From: Malacoraja senta
Lineage: Eukaryota
Direction of reading: 5' to 3'
Length of the DNA: 64,000 nt
NCBI GenBank assembly: GCA_038087875.1
Contig: CM075990.1
Coordinates: 3,598,001-3,662,000, forward strand
Shown: one piece after another, positions 34,079 through 45,388 of the stretch
How the letters are laid out: every line of letters starts with the position of its first letter
Numbering within the stretch: the first letter of the stretch is position 1
Translations under genes and position numbers: made by a program
Notes under the pieces: generated by a model
Told to the model about the DNA's origin: nothing
The model's database searches: none
What the model saw: the letters and a program-made list of their open reading frames with translations, nothing else

Positions 34079-36482
34079 ATAGAAACATAGAAACATAGAA
34101 AGTAGGTGCGAGAGTAGACCACCAGGCCCATCGAGCCCGCACCGCCATTCGCTCATGGCTGAACACCAAACAGACACCCTTACCCACAAACAGTAGACAC
34201 AAGACACAGAACACAAGACACTACCCTCCCCTTTATATCGCTATCACCCCTCTCCACCCCAAGAACCGCGTGATCTCCTGGGGGAGGCAAAAAAACGGAT
34301 AAAAACCCAGGTCCAATTCGGGAAAAAAATCCGGGAAATTCCTCTCCGACCCCAATCCAGGCGATCGACACTTGTCCAGGAGATCACTCAGGTCTTACTA
34401 TACTAACCATACCTAGGTCCATATCCCTGCCCTCTCCCCGTAGCCCCTTATCCCCTTGGCAGCTAAAAAAACATCTATTTTAGACTTAAATATATTTAAT
34501 GTTTCTGCTTCCACTGCTCCCTGGGGCAGTGAATTCCATAAATTAACCACCCTCTGGGTGAAGAAGTTCTTCCTCATCTCAGTTTTAAAAGAGCCCCCTC
34601 TTATTCTACAACTATGTCCCCTAGTTCTAGTTTCCCCGATCATTGGGAACATCCTCGGTGCATCCACCCGATCAAGGCCCCTCACGATCTTATATGTTTC
34701 AATGAGATCGCCTCTCATTCTTCTAAACTCCAAAGAGTAGAGTTCCAGCCTACTTAACCTTTCCTCATATGTCAATCCCCTCATTGCAGGAATTAATCTT
34801 GTAAACCTTCGCTGCACTGCCTCCAGGGCCAGTACATCCTTTCTTAAGTATGGACCCCAGAACTGTACACAGTATTCCAAATGTGGTGTCACTAATACTG
34901 TGTACAGCTGCAGCAAGACCTCCGTGTTTTTATACTCAATCCCCCTAGCAATAAAGGCCAAAACTCCATTGGCCTTCCTGATTGCTTGCTGCACCTGCAT
35001 ACTAACTTTTAGTGATTCATGTACTACTACCCCTAGATCCCTTTGCGTTGCATTACAACGCAGCTCCACCTCATTTAGAAAATAACTTGCCCTATCATTT
35101 TTTTTCCCAAAGTGAATGACTTCACATTTATTAGTATTAAATTTCATCTGCCAAGTTGTTGCCCACTCACCTAGCTTATCTATATCCTTTTGCAGACTCT
35201 TCCTATCCTCCTCATCCCCTACTTTTCCTCCCATTTTTGTATCGTCCGCAAATTTTGATATATTACACTTGGTTCCCTCCTCCAAATCATTTATATAAAT
35301 TGTGAACAACTGGGGTCCCAGCACCGACCCTTGCGGAACCCCGCTAGTTACCGGTTGCCATCCCGAGTATGAACCATTTATCCCCACTCTCTGCTTCCTA
35401 TTTGTTAGCCAATCCTCTACCCATGCTAATATATTAACCCCAATCCCATAATTTTTTATTTTTAGCAATAGTCTCTTATGTGGCACCTTGTCAAAAGCCT
35501 TTTGGAAGTCCAAGTATACCACATCCACCGGTTCCCCTTTATCCACCCGGGTTGTTACTTCCTCAAAGAATTCGAGCAGATTCGTTAAACAGGACTTCCC
35601 CTTCACAAAACCATGCTGGTTCTGTCCGATGAAGTCATGTTTATCCAAGTGCCCCGTTAGTGTTTCTTTAATAATTGTCTCTAACATTTTACCCACCACC
35701 GATGTTAGACTAACCGGTCTATAGTTACCCGCCTTCTGTTTACTTCCTTTTTTAAATATAGGTGTTACATTGGCCATTTTCCAATCCACTGGAACCGTTC
35801 CTGCCTCCAGGGAGTTTTGGAAAATTATCACCAATGCATCCACAATCCCCACCGCTATCTCCCTCAAGACCCTTGGATGTAATCCATCAGGCCCAGGGGA
35901 TTTATCCTCCTTCAGTCTCATTAATTTCCCTAATACCACCTCCTTGGTGATCTTAATAGTATTTAGCTCCTCCATTCCTACCGCCCCCTGTTTATCCAGC
36001 GTTGGAATATTTTTTGTGTCTTCTATGGTGAAGACTGATACAAAATACTCGTTTAATGCCTTTGCCATTTCCATGTTCCCCACCAACAACTCTCCAGTCT
36101 CACCCTCCAATGGACCAACGTTCACCTTAGCCACCCTTTTTCTTTTTATATAGCTATAAAAACTCTTACTATTAGTTTTTATGTTGTTCGCTAAATTCCT
36201 TTCATAGTCTATTTTCCCCGTCTTAATTAATCTCTTAGTTATTTTTTGCTGACCTTTAAATGCTTCCCAATCCTCTACCCTCCCACTATCTCTAGCTACC
36301 TTATATGCCCTTGCCTTCAGCCGAATACTATCCTTTATAGTTTTACTGAGCCATGGCTGACTGTTCTTTCCCTTACCCCTTTTTTTCTTCATAGGAATAA
36401 ATTTTTCTTGAAGGTTATACAGTAGATCCTTAAACGTACACCACTGCTCATGTACCGTCTTATTCTTGAGTCTGCTATCCCA
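34079..36482 (-). mobile_element. Young 5'-truncated CR1 LINE
   Basis: (ttctatgt)n tail at ~34079-34103; ~330-nt 3' UTR; open frame extends to ~36482. Confidence 0.93.
34413..36392 (-). CDS. CR1 ORF2 reverse transcriptase portion (659 aa, no endonuclease domain)
   Basis: KSPGPDG, NYRPVSLTS, YLDFQKAFDKV, GVPQGSVLGP and SKFADDTK motifs with no stops or frameshifts. Confidence 0.95.
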   Translation of the reverse strand: MKKKRGKGKNSQPWLSKTIKDSIRLKARAYKVARDSGRVEDWEAFKGQQKITKRLIKTGKIDYERNLANNIKTNSKSFYSYIKRKRVAKVNVGPLEGETGELLVGNMEMAKALNEYFVSVFTIEDTKNIPTLDKQGAVGMEELNTIKITKEVVLGKLMRLKEDKSPGPDGLHPRVLREIAVGIVDALVIIFQNSLEAGTVPVDWKMANVTPIFKKGSKQKAGNYRPVSLTSVVGKMLETIIKETLTGHLDKHDFIGQNQHGFVKGKSCLTNLLEFFEEVTTRVDKGEPVDVVYLDFQKAFDKVPHKRLLLKIKNYGIGVNILAWVEDWLTNRKQRVGINGSYSGWQPVTSGVPQGSVLGPQLFTIYINDLEEGTKCNISKFADDTKMGGKVGDEEDRKSLQKDIDKLGEWATTWQMKFNTNKCEVIHFGKKNDRASYFLNEVELRCNATQRDLGVVVHESLKVSMQVQQAIRKANGVLAFIARGIEYKNTEVLLQLYTVLVTPHLEYCVQFWGPYLRKDVLALEAVQRRFTRLIPAMRGLTYEERLSRLELYSLEFRRMRGDLIETYKIVRGLDRVDAPRMFPMIGETRTRGHSCRIRGGSFKTEMRKNFFTQRVVNLWNSLPQGAVEAETLNIFKSKIDVFLAAKGIRGYGERAGIWT

Positions 36483-37904
36483 GGATGCAGAGGATCTTTA
36501 CCAGAATGCTGCCTGCATTAGTGGGTATTAGCTACAAGGAGAAGTTCGACTAACTTGGATTGGTTTCTATGGAGCTATAGAGTCATCGAGTTCGACAACG
36601 TGGAAATAGGCCCTTTGGTCCAACTTGCCCACACCGACCGACATGCCCCATCTACACTATTCTCACAGGTCTCGGGATCGGAACTCTAACACAACACAGG
36701 GCTGCCTGAACTTCCTTATTCGTGAGAGAGATTAATTGGGTTTCACCCGCAGCAGGTAAATAATGGAGCCGGATCCACAATTTCCGAACCGGGTGGATTA
36801 GGAACCATGTGTTTCTTTACCCTGGCTGGGGATTAACCGCCTTCAGACTGTCGTTCTTCGAGTGCGGCAAGCCGACTTGGCCAGCTCTCTCCGTTCCTTT
36901 ATGAACTGCCGCAGGGGTTATTTGGGGGGATGTGAATGTGTCGGGGTTTTTTTGTTGGTGCGGGAACTTTTTATTAGACTGTGTAAATAGAACATCAGCC
37001 AAGTTTCCAAAACGATTAACAACTGGCTGCCAGTAAATTATTCCACAAAGAATCTTCAAGGAAAGTTGGTGTGGAAAGTTGCTAAAAATACAGGCTCTCT
37101 CTGTCACTGAACAGGTGTGAGCTTTGGAGGTGATTGGTGAGGATTCTACTAGCAAGGCACATTGAGTCCATTGAGTCACCAGTGTAGGAAGCAGTTCTTA
37201 ATATGATTCAGTTAGGCTGAGGCCTGTTTCCACTCTGACTCTATGACTCTATGAAGAGCAACTTTTTTACACAAAGGCTGGGAGGTATTTGGAACGAGCT
37301 GCCGGAGTAGGTGGTTGAGGCAGGAACTATCACAATGTTTAAGCAACATTTGAATCGGTACATGGATAGGACAGGTTTAGAGGTACATGGGCCAAACGCA
37401 CATGGGTGGGACTAGTGTTGGTTGGCGTGGGAAAGTTGGGCCGAAGAGCCTGTTTCCACGCTGTGTATCTAAGTTACTGACCGGTATTGAGCGCGGTGAA
37501 AGAAGATGTGCCAGCGAGTTCAGTTGGTGCACGCCACCCCGCCCAAGTCTGGCGTCATCTCAGCCGCACTGGGCACCACGGTCTGGAGAAGCTGGGGGTG
37601 TTCTCCTAGAGTCATTGAGTCGTACAGAGGCCGTGGTGGCGGATGCCTCCCAGGAGGCCGCAAAGAAGCTGAGCGACGGAGCCCGCGGCCGGTCCCAGCA
37701 TCGACGGCCCCCCATGGCTGGGGCCTGGGTTAAAGGAGCCCGCGGCCAGAGGCTGGGTTGGTGCCACGGAGGCATCAGGAGGGGACCCGGCGGCAGTCGT
37801 CGAGGAGTCCGGGTCGGCGATCGTCGAGGTCGGCGGTCGATGATGGCGCTGGCGGTCGAGGACGGCCCACGTGGGAGAGGGAGGACAAGCTGCCGTGGAA
37901 CAAA

Positions 37905-38735
37905 GGTGGAATTGGTGTGGAAACAGGCCCTTCAACCCAACGCCCACACTGACCAAGATGCCCCATCTACATCAGTCCCACCTGCCTGTGTTTGGCCATA
38001 TCCTTCTAAACTGACTATGTACCTGTCCAAATGTCTTTTAAATGTTGCAATAGTACCTGCCTAAACTACCTCCTCTGGCAGCTCGTTCCATACACCCTCA
38101 ACTCTCTGTGTGAAGAGATTGCCCCTCAGGTTCCGATGAAATCTTTCCCCTCTCGCCTTAAACCTATGCCCTTGATTCCCCTACACTGGGTAAAAGACTG
38201 TGCATTTACCATCACTATTCCCCTCATGATTTTTATACACCTCTATAAGATCCCCTCTAATCTTCCTGCGCTTCTAAGAATAAAGTCCTAGCCTGCTTAA
38301 CGTCTTCCTGTAGCTCAGGCCCTCGAGTCCTGGCAACATCCTTGTAAATCTTCTATGCACCCTTTCGAGCTTAGAAACACCTTCCCAAGAACAGGAAGGC
38401 AGACAAAAATGCTGGAGGAACTCAGCGGGTGAGGCAGCGTCTGTGGAGAGAAGGAATAGGCGACGTTTCGGGCCCAAGAACAGGGTGACCAAAACTGAAC
38501 ACAATACTCCAAATGTGGCCTCACCAACGTCTGGTACAACTGCAACATAACATCTCAACTTTTATACTCAGTACTCTGACTGATGAAGGTCAATGTCCCA
38601 AAAGGTTTTGTGACTACCCTATCTATCTGTGGCATCACTTTTAAGGTACTATGTACCTGAACTCCTAGATCCCTCTGCTCTACAATGCTCGCCAAAGTCT
38701 TGCCATTTACTGTGAAGGTCCTGCCCTGGTTTGAC
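37905..38735 (-). mobile_element. Degenerate CR1 LINE 3' fragment with a PLE stub inserted (~38394-38476)
   Basis: LVRPHLEYCVQFWSP and ERVHRRFTRMLPGLEGLSY in overlapping ORFs. Confidence 0.82.
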
Positions 38736-38852
38736 TACTTCTTGGTGCGAAGAAAGTTGAGAGGAGTTTTAATGGCGGTACATAAGACCATAATTGGTTT
38801 AGGTAGTATAAATGGATGGAATAGCAATTGGTTCAAAGATTACGGGATATAG

Positions 38853-39156
38853 GATGGCACGGTGGCTCAGCAGTAGAGTTGCTGCCTTGCAGTGCAAGAG
38901 ACCCGGGTTCGATCCCAACTGCGGGTGCTGCCTGTTTGGAGTTTGTACATTCTCCCCGCGACCACGTGGGTTTTCCCCGAGATATCCGGTTTCTTCCCAC
39001 ACTCCGAAAACGTATAGATTTGGCTCGGGTAAAAATGGACAATTGTCCCTAGTGCGTACCATAACGCGACTGAATGTGGTGATCGCTGGTCGGCGTGGAC
39101 TCGGTGGGCGGAAAAAGGGCCTGTTTCCATGCTGTATCTCTAAACTAAACTAAACT
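38853..39156 (+). mobile_element. HE1-like V-SINE
   Basis: Head, V-domain and (aaact)n tail. Confidence 0.85.
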
Positions 39157-39703
39157 AGAAAGACATGTAGATGGGGAGAGGCAGCAGAATGGGAGGGGAC
39201 ATCAAGGTAGATCAGTTGAACCAAACAGACAGTTTCTGGGCTGGAAATAAAGTGGATGCGTGTCTCTGTCAACTGTTCCAGTAAGTTCCAGTGACATCAT
39301 CTGCTTCCAAGTGCTTCCTTGCTATCGTTTTTATACTTCTCTCCAAATTCATGTTACTGGGCTAAATCAGGACGGTGTTTTCTTTTAAATAACTTTCTGC
39401 ATGTGCGCAGACAGGGCACTTCTTCCCATATATCTTTCCAGGGCATCTGCGTGCTTTTATTCTTTAAAGCAGTGCCAAGAGCTTCAGAGGCCTTTAATGC
39501 ACCACGCTTCTGGTTCTGTTTACTGAGGGTTCACCAGCTTCCCTGTTTGCAGTCAATGTAACGTTCACAATAGATGTTCTCAAACCAGCTGGCAGCAAGG
39601 GAGAGCTTCTTCCCGGGCAGCCTGTTACGTTGATAAACCTGTTACAGTACTTAAGCAAGAGGGTATAAAACACGATGAGCTCAAACTGTTTACAACTCAG
39701 TGT

Positions 39704-40355
39704 TTAGTTTAGGTTAGTTTAGAGATGCAGCGCGGAAACCGACCCTTCGGCCCACCGAGTCCGCACCGCCCCGCACATTAACACACTAGGGACAATTTTA
39801 CATTTATACCAAGCCAATTAACCTGCAAACCTGTATGTATTTGGAGTGTGGGAAGAAACCGAATATCTTGGAGAAAACCCATGAGGTCACGGGGAGAACG
39901 TACAAACTCCGTACAGACAGCACCCGTAGTCAGGATCGAACCCGGGTCTCTGGTGCTGCAAGCGCTGTAAGGCAGCAACTCTACCGCTGCGCCACCATGC
40001 CGGCCCATGGTATGAATTTCTCAAGCTTCAAGTAACCCTGCACTTCCCCTCTCTCCATCCCTCCCCCACCCAAGTCGCACCAGGTTCCCATTCTCAACTA
40101 GCAAACAACCTAACAATGGCCTGTTTCCTTTATCATCGTTACTTTTTTGCATATCTTTCAGTCATTTGTTCTATATCTCTCAACATCACTGTCTATATCT
40201 CTCATTTCCCTTTCCCCTGACTAGTCAGAAGAAAGGTCTCGACCTGAAACATCACCCATTCTTTCTCTCCAGAGATGTTGCCTGTCCCGCTGAGTTACTC
40301 CAGCATTTTGCATCTATCTTCAGTTTAAACCAGCATCTGTAGTTCCTTCTTACTC
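39704..40355. mobile_element. V-SINE (~39704-40001, minus) followed by a Penelope 3' region (~40010-40355, plus)
   Basis: SINE motifs; ggtatgaatttctcaagcttcaagtaa (GIY-YIG end) followed by a PLE 3' region with a decayed hammerhead at ~40223-40255. Confidence 0.8.
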
Positions 40356-40771
40356 ACCGTTTTTTAAAGTTTAGTTTAGTTTAAAGATACAGCGCGGAAA
40401 CAGGCCTCTCGGCCCACCGATTCTGCACTGACCAGCGATCACCCATATGCTAGCACTATTTTACTCCGGAGTCACGTGAGTGACTACATGAAGAACCCGT
40501 CCAGCACGCATCCGCGACATTAGCGTTCATGCAGTGCAACAGCGACGAACGGGAGTACAGGCGCTCCCGCTACAAGTTTAAAAAGCGGACCATCAGGTAA
40601 GTACTTACTCTGAGGTCATAATTAGGAAGCTTTGCTCTGCTTTGTGAATTCCAGGTGAAACTGGAAAAATGAGCAAAGCACGGCAAGGGAAAAAGACCGC
40701 CCCCCCGTTCGACTCTAACAGAACGGGAGTGTCCCATCAGTGGGGGGCGAGAGGCGGCACCTGGACCGCAC

Positions 40772-41926
40772 ATGCGGCGGTCCACACTCAATGAGACCGA
40801 GCCGAGCCCAGTACCGCTAGCGCAGCCTGACCAACAGCAGCGGGCTGGAGGTAAATCAAGACAAAAAACTGACCGGCCGGTTATATCTGACTCTGATGAG
40901 GAGGCTCCGCCTGAGAGCGGAAGAGGTAGCCGCCTGGGCCGCATGGAAAGGCTCATGGAGCAAATGCTCCAGCGAGACTTGCTTCGGGAGCTGGAGCAGT
41001 CTCGCCAAGGGAATTCAGGCACTCCCACATCAGTGCTTTACAATGCACTGGCCATCGCTTCCCCCTCTGCCGAAGGCAGCGTTGGCGACCAGGGCTGGGC
41101 TGGTCAGGAACAGGGGTCATTGGCCGAAGATATCAGGAGTACGCTTGGGGTACAGGACCAGGAAGAGCTGCTGGGTGTGGTGAATCGCTACGTGACTACA
41201 CCACGAGCAGGGCGGCCGTTGCAGCCAAAACTGGCGGCCAGCATTAACCACCTGTCCCTCAAACCCCTACAAGAACAGGTAGTCAATGAGGCACTAGAAC
41301 TCTACTCGCCTCCGGAGAACTGCAGTTCGCTCAATGTACCGGCCGTTAACAGCCAAATCTGGGGGTATGTTGGACAGAGTATCCGGAACCAGGAGCTAAA
41401 ATTACAACGTATCCTCAAGCTCCTGACGACAGGGATAACATCCTATGCTCGTTCCGTGGATGGGGTGGATATGACCACCAACCAGCAAGACACTCTGGCT
41501 CTGCTGTGCAACACTCAATATGAGATCAACAACCTCCGCAAGGAGATAATAAGACCTGCCCTCAATCCCAAATATGCAGAACTGTGTAAAACACCGGCCT
41601 CAGAGCCACAGATCCTGTTATTCGGTAAGGACTTGTCAAAACAAGTAAAAGACCTGGTGGAAGAGGCCAAAGCATTTGGCCTCATGAGGGCAGGCCCCGG
41701 AACGAGCAGACCCACACAACCCAGACGGCAGTACCCCACCGCGTCCACCAGTCGACGTCAAACTTATGGGACTGGTGAAAGCTCGGGGTCCGCATACCAT
41801 CCCCGAAAGCCTTTTTTAGACCAGGGCTCAGAGCGGGCCCCATGGAAAATGCGCCACCCCCAACCAGCAGTACATCCAGCGGTACAACGACGGATGAAGA
41901 AACTGAAGAAAGGAACACTCCCATAA
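40772..41926 (+). CDS. DIRS ORF1 (gag-like, 384 aa)
   Basis: Uninterrupted ORF at the ORF1 position (PENCSSLNVPAVNSQIW...LRKEIIRPALN...LFGKDL); frameshifted homologue in copy B. Confidence 0.8.
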   Translation: MRRSTLNETEPSPVPLAQPDQQQRAGGKSRQKTDRPVISDSDEEAPPESGRGSRLGRMERLMEQMLQRDLLRELEQSRQGNSGTPTSVLYNALAIASPSAEGSVGDQGWAGQEQGSLAEDIRSTLGVQDQEELLGVVNRYVTTPRAGRPLQPKLAASINHLSLKPLQEQVVNEALELYSPPENCSSLNVPAVNSQIWGYVGQSIRNQELKLQRILKLLTTGITSYARSVDGVDMTTNQQDTLALLCNTQYEINNLRKEIIRPALNPKYAELCKTPASEPQILLFGKDLSKQVKDLVEEAKAFGLMRAGPGTSRPTQPRRQYPTASTSRRQTYGTGESSGSAYHPRKPFLDQGSERAPWKMRHPQPAVHPAVQRRMKKLKKGTLP

Positions 41927-42131
41927 CTATGGAGGTAGGTGGGTCTGGTTCCTACCAGCATATAAAAAGTGGGGGAACTGTACTAACAGGTTGGAGATTA
42001 CACCTGTTCATTGAAGCATGGAGGTCTGTCACGAATGATAGTTATATACTTAACAGTATTCATGGATATAAAATAGAGTTCATTCAAGAAAACATGCCAC
42101 CAGTTCAGCACATACCCCAAAGGGTCTTTAA

Positions 42132-42712
42132 AGGCCTGTCTCACGAGTCTGCGGTCATTGGCAGCGAAACAGGAAGAATCTACCGCTCCTGGGCCGCCAT
42201 AGACCGCGCACTCGGTCAAACGCACAATTCCGGGGCCGTGCGGCGTTGTTCCCAACACCGCACAGTGCTAAAATAAAACCAACACTGTTCAAAAATATGT
42301 CCCTACCGCACAGCCTCCGCCAGTGAGGCACGAGTGCGGCACGGCCACCGCCACAGCCGCCGCCAGTGTGGCACGAGCGCCGTGCGTAGAACTTGCACCG
42401 CCACAGCCTCCGCCAGTGAGGCACGACCGCCGGCACTGCCGCCGCCACAGTCACCGCTACAACGCTGCGATCAGCACGGCCGCCGCCACAGCCCCGCAGA
42501 TCCAAAATGATGTCATCGCAGTCGGCCCGCCCTTTTTTTTTAACTTACCGCAAGCACGTGGGACCAGCCGTATTTAAATCACTCGGCCCCCACGCAGCAT
42601 CCGTGGCGCTCCCGTGGCATAGGCTCGGCGCTCTCGCCGTTGCCGTGTGGTCCCCTCTACAGGCGAAGCCGTGCTTCACCGCCGATGACCGCAACACCGT
42701 GAGACAGAGCCT
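42132..42712. mobile_element. GC-rich PIF/Harbinger-type MITE in DIRS pol; duplicate at 44513-45093
   Basis: TIR aggcctgtctcacg / cgtgagacagagcct; TAA TSD; empty site visible in DIRS copy B at ~54460-54487. Confidence 0.88.
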
Positions 42713-44292
42713 TAACCCTCTCAGTCAAAGAAAAACTAGAGGGTCAAGCAGAACTGGTGAGGTTACTTACAAAGGGTATCATTGAGAAATCCAAACATGA
42801 ACTTTTGGAATTTCTCAAATATATTTACCAAAAACAAAAAAGATGGTGGATGTCGCATCATCATTGACTTAACCTCACTAAATACCTTTGTTAAGTATGT
42901 ATATTTCAAAATGGAAACATTTGTAACTGCCAAACAACTGATTTCCAAAGGATACTTTATGGCAAGCATTGATTTAAAAGATGCCTACTATTCAGTACCC
43001 ATTCACAAGGGTCATCGCAGATACCTGAAAATTTAGCTGGATGGGGCAACTATGGCAGTATAAAGTATTGCCTAATGGGTTGACATCAGCCTTAGACTAT
43101 TTACCAAGATATTAAAACCAGCCTTGGCAACATTAAGAAAACAAAGACATATTGTCATGGCATATCTTGATGATATTCTAATAGTAAGCAAAACCATGGA
43201 GTTGGCTAAATCAACTGTATTAGCTACCAAACAATTGTTTGAAACCCTGGGATTTGTCATACATCCAGATAAATCTAAGTTGACGCCATCCACAACTATG
43301 GACTATCTGGGATTCACAATTAACTCAGTCCACATGTCTGTAACGTTGCCAAAAGATAAAGCAACAGAATTGGCACAGACGTGTAACAATTTAATGGTTA
43401 GCAATCGACCAACCATCCGACAAGTGGCAAGAGTAATTGGCAAAATGGTAGCAGCATTTCCAGCTACACAATTTGGACCCCTGCACTATCAAAACCTACA
43501 AAGGGCAAAAGTACAGGCGTTAAAACGACATACAGGTCACTTTGACCGAACCATGAAATTACCCATTGAAGCTATATCAGAGTTACAGTGGTGGATAGAG
43601 CACATTTGGCATAGTTCAAGCCCTATCATCATCAATAACCCAACATTAACTATACAAACAGATGCCAGTGCTCAAGCCTGGGGAGCAACTAATACCATAT
43701 CCAGCACAGGTGGTAGATGGACTAACCTAGAATCATCTTTACTACAAACACTGGGCATAAATTATTTGGAAATGTTGGGTGCGTTTTATGGTTTAAAAGC
43801 ATATTCCACGAATATGCACCATCTGCATGTTCGTTTACAAATTGATAATACCACGGTGGTGGCCTATATTAACCATATGGACGGAATAAAATCGATATCG
43901 TGACAATTTTGTCAACAAAATCTGGCAATGGTGTGTCGATAGACATATTTGGCTATCAGCAACTTACCTACCAGGTAAGCTAAATACAGTGGCAGACACC
44001 AGGTCATGCAAATTCAATGATAACATCGAATGGATGTTAAATCCCTGAGCTTTTGCTAAAATTACAAAGCAATATGGCACACCAGATATCGATCTCTTTG
44101 CATCCAGACTAAATCACCAGGTACCAATGTATGTCGCTTGGGAACCAGACCCTGAGGCAGCAGCGATAGATGCATTCGCGCTGAACTGGGGAAACTATTT
44201 ATTTTATGCTTTCCCCCCCTTCTGCCTCATCAGTAGGGTACTACGCAAAATACAGATGGACTCTGCTTCAGGTATTTTGATAGTACCCGACT
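42713..44292 (+). pseudogene. DIRS ORF2 remnant: RT, RNase H and Dam-like methyltransferase domain
   Basis: ORFs 42782-43036, 43124-43903 and 44127- (DIDLFASRLNH...DAFALNW...YAFPPF); stops and frameshifts. Confidence 0.88.
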
Positions 44293-45388
44293 GGAACACT
44301 CCCATAACTATGGAGGTAGGTGGGTCTGGTTCCTACCAGCATATAAAAAGTGGGGGAACTGTACTAACAGGTTGGAGATTACACCTGTTCATTGAAGCAT
44401 GGAGGTCTGTCACGAATGATAGTTATATACTTAACAGTATTCATGGATATAAAATAGAGTTCATTCAAGAAAACATGCCACCAGTTCAGCACATACCCCA
44501 AAGGGTCTTTAAAAGCCTGTCTCACGAGTCTGCGGTCATTGGCGGCGAAACAGGAAGAATCTACCGCTCCTGGGCCGCCATAGACCGCGCACTCGGTCAA
44601 ACGCACAATTCCGGGGCCGTGCGGCGTTGTTCCCAACACCGCACAGTGCTAAAATAAAACCAACACTGTTCAAAAATATGTCCCTACCGCACAGCCTCCG
44701 CCAGTGAGGCACGAGTGCGGCACGGCCACCGCCACAGCCGCCGCCAGTGTGGCACGAGCGCCGTGCGTAGAACTTGCACCGCCACAGCCTCCGCCAGTGA
44801 GGCACGACCGCCGGCACAGCCGCCGCCACAGTCACCGCTACAACGCTGCGATCAGCACGGCCGCCGCCACAGCCCCGCAGATCCAAAATGATGTCATCGC
44901 AGTCGGCCCGCCCTTTTTTTTTAACTTACCGCAAGCACGTGGGACCAGCCGTATTTAAATCACTCGGCCCCCACGCAGCATCCGTGGCGCTCCCGTGGCA
45001 TAGGCTCGGCGCTCTCGCCGTTGCCGTGTGGTCCCCTCTACAGGCGAAGCCGTGCTTCACCGCCGATGACCGCAACACCGTGAGACAGAGCCTTAACCCT
45101 CTCAGTCAAAGAAAAACTAGAGGGTCAAGCAGAACTGGTGAGGTTACTTACAAAGGGTATCATTGAGAAATCCAAACATGAACTTTTGGAATTTCTCAAA
45201 TATATTTACCAAAAACAAAAAAGATGGTGGATGTCGCATCATCATTGACTTAACCTCACTAAATACCTTTGTTAAGTATGTACATTTCAAAATGGAAACA
45301 TTTGTAACTGCCAAACAACTGATTTCCAAAGGATACTTTATGGCAAGCATTGATTTAAAAGATGCCTACTATACAGTACCCATTCACA
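44293..45388 (+). repeat. Near-identical direct copy of 41912-43007
   Basis: Constant offset of 2381 bp; duplicated ORF translations; only a handful of substitutions. Confidence 0.96.

Noticed and set aside
36821..36978. Possible 158-nt minus-strand exon
   Set aside because: Splice sites are plausible, but the peptide is unrecognisable and its phases do not link to the other candidates.
37387..38064. 225-aa ORF and overlapping GC-rich ORFs
   Set aside because: Crosses LINE remnants and a GC-rich repeat-like segment; no domain motifs.
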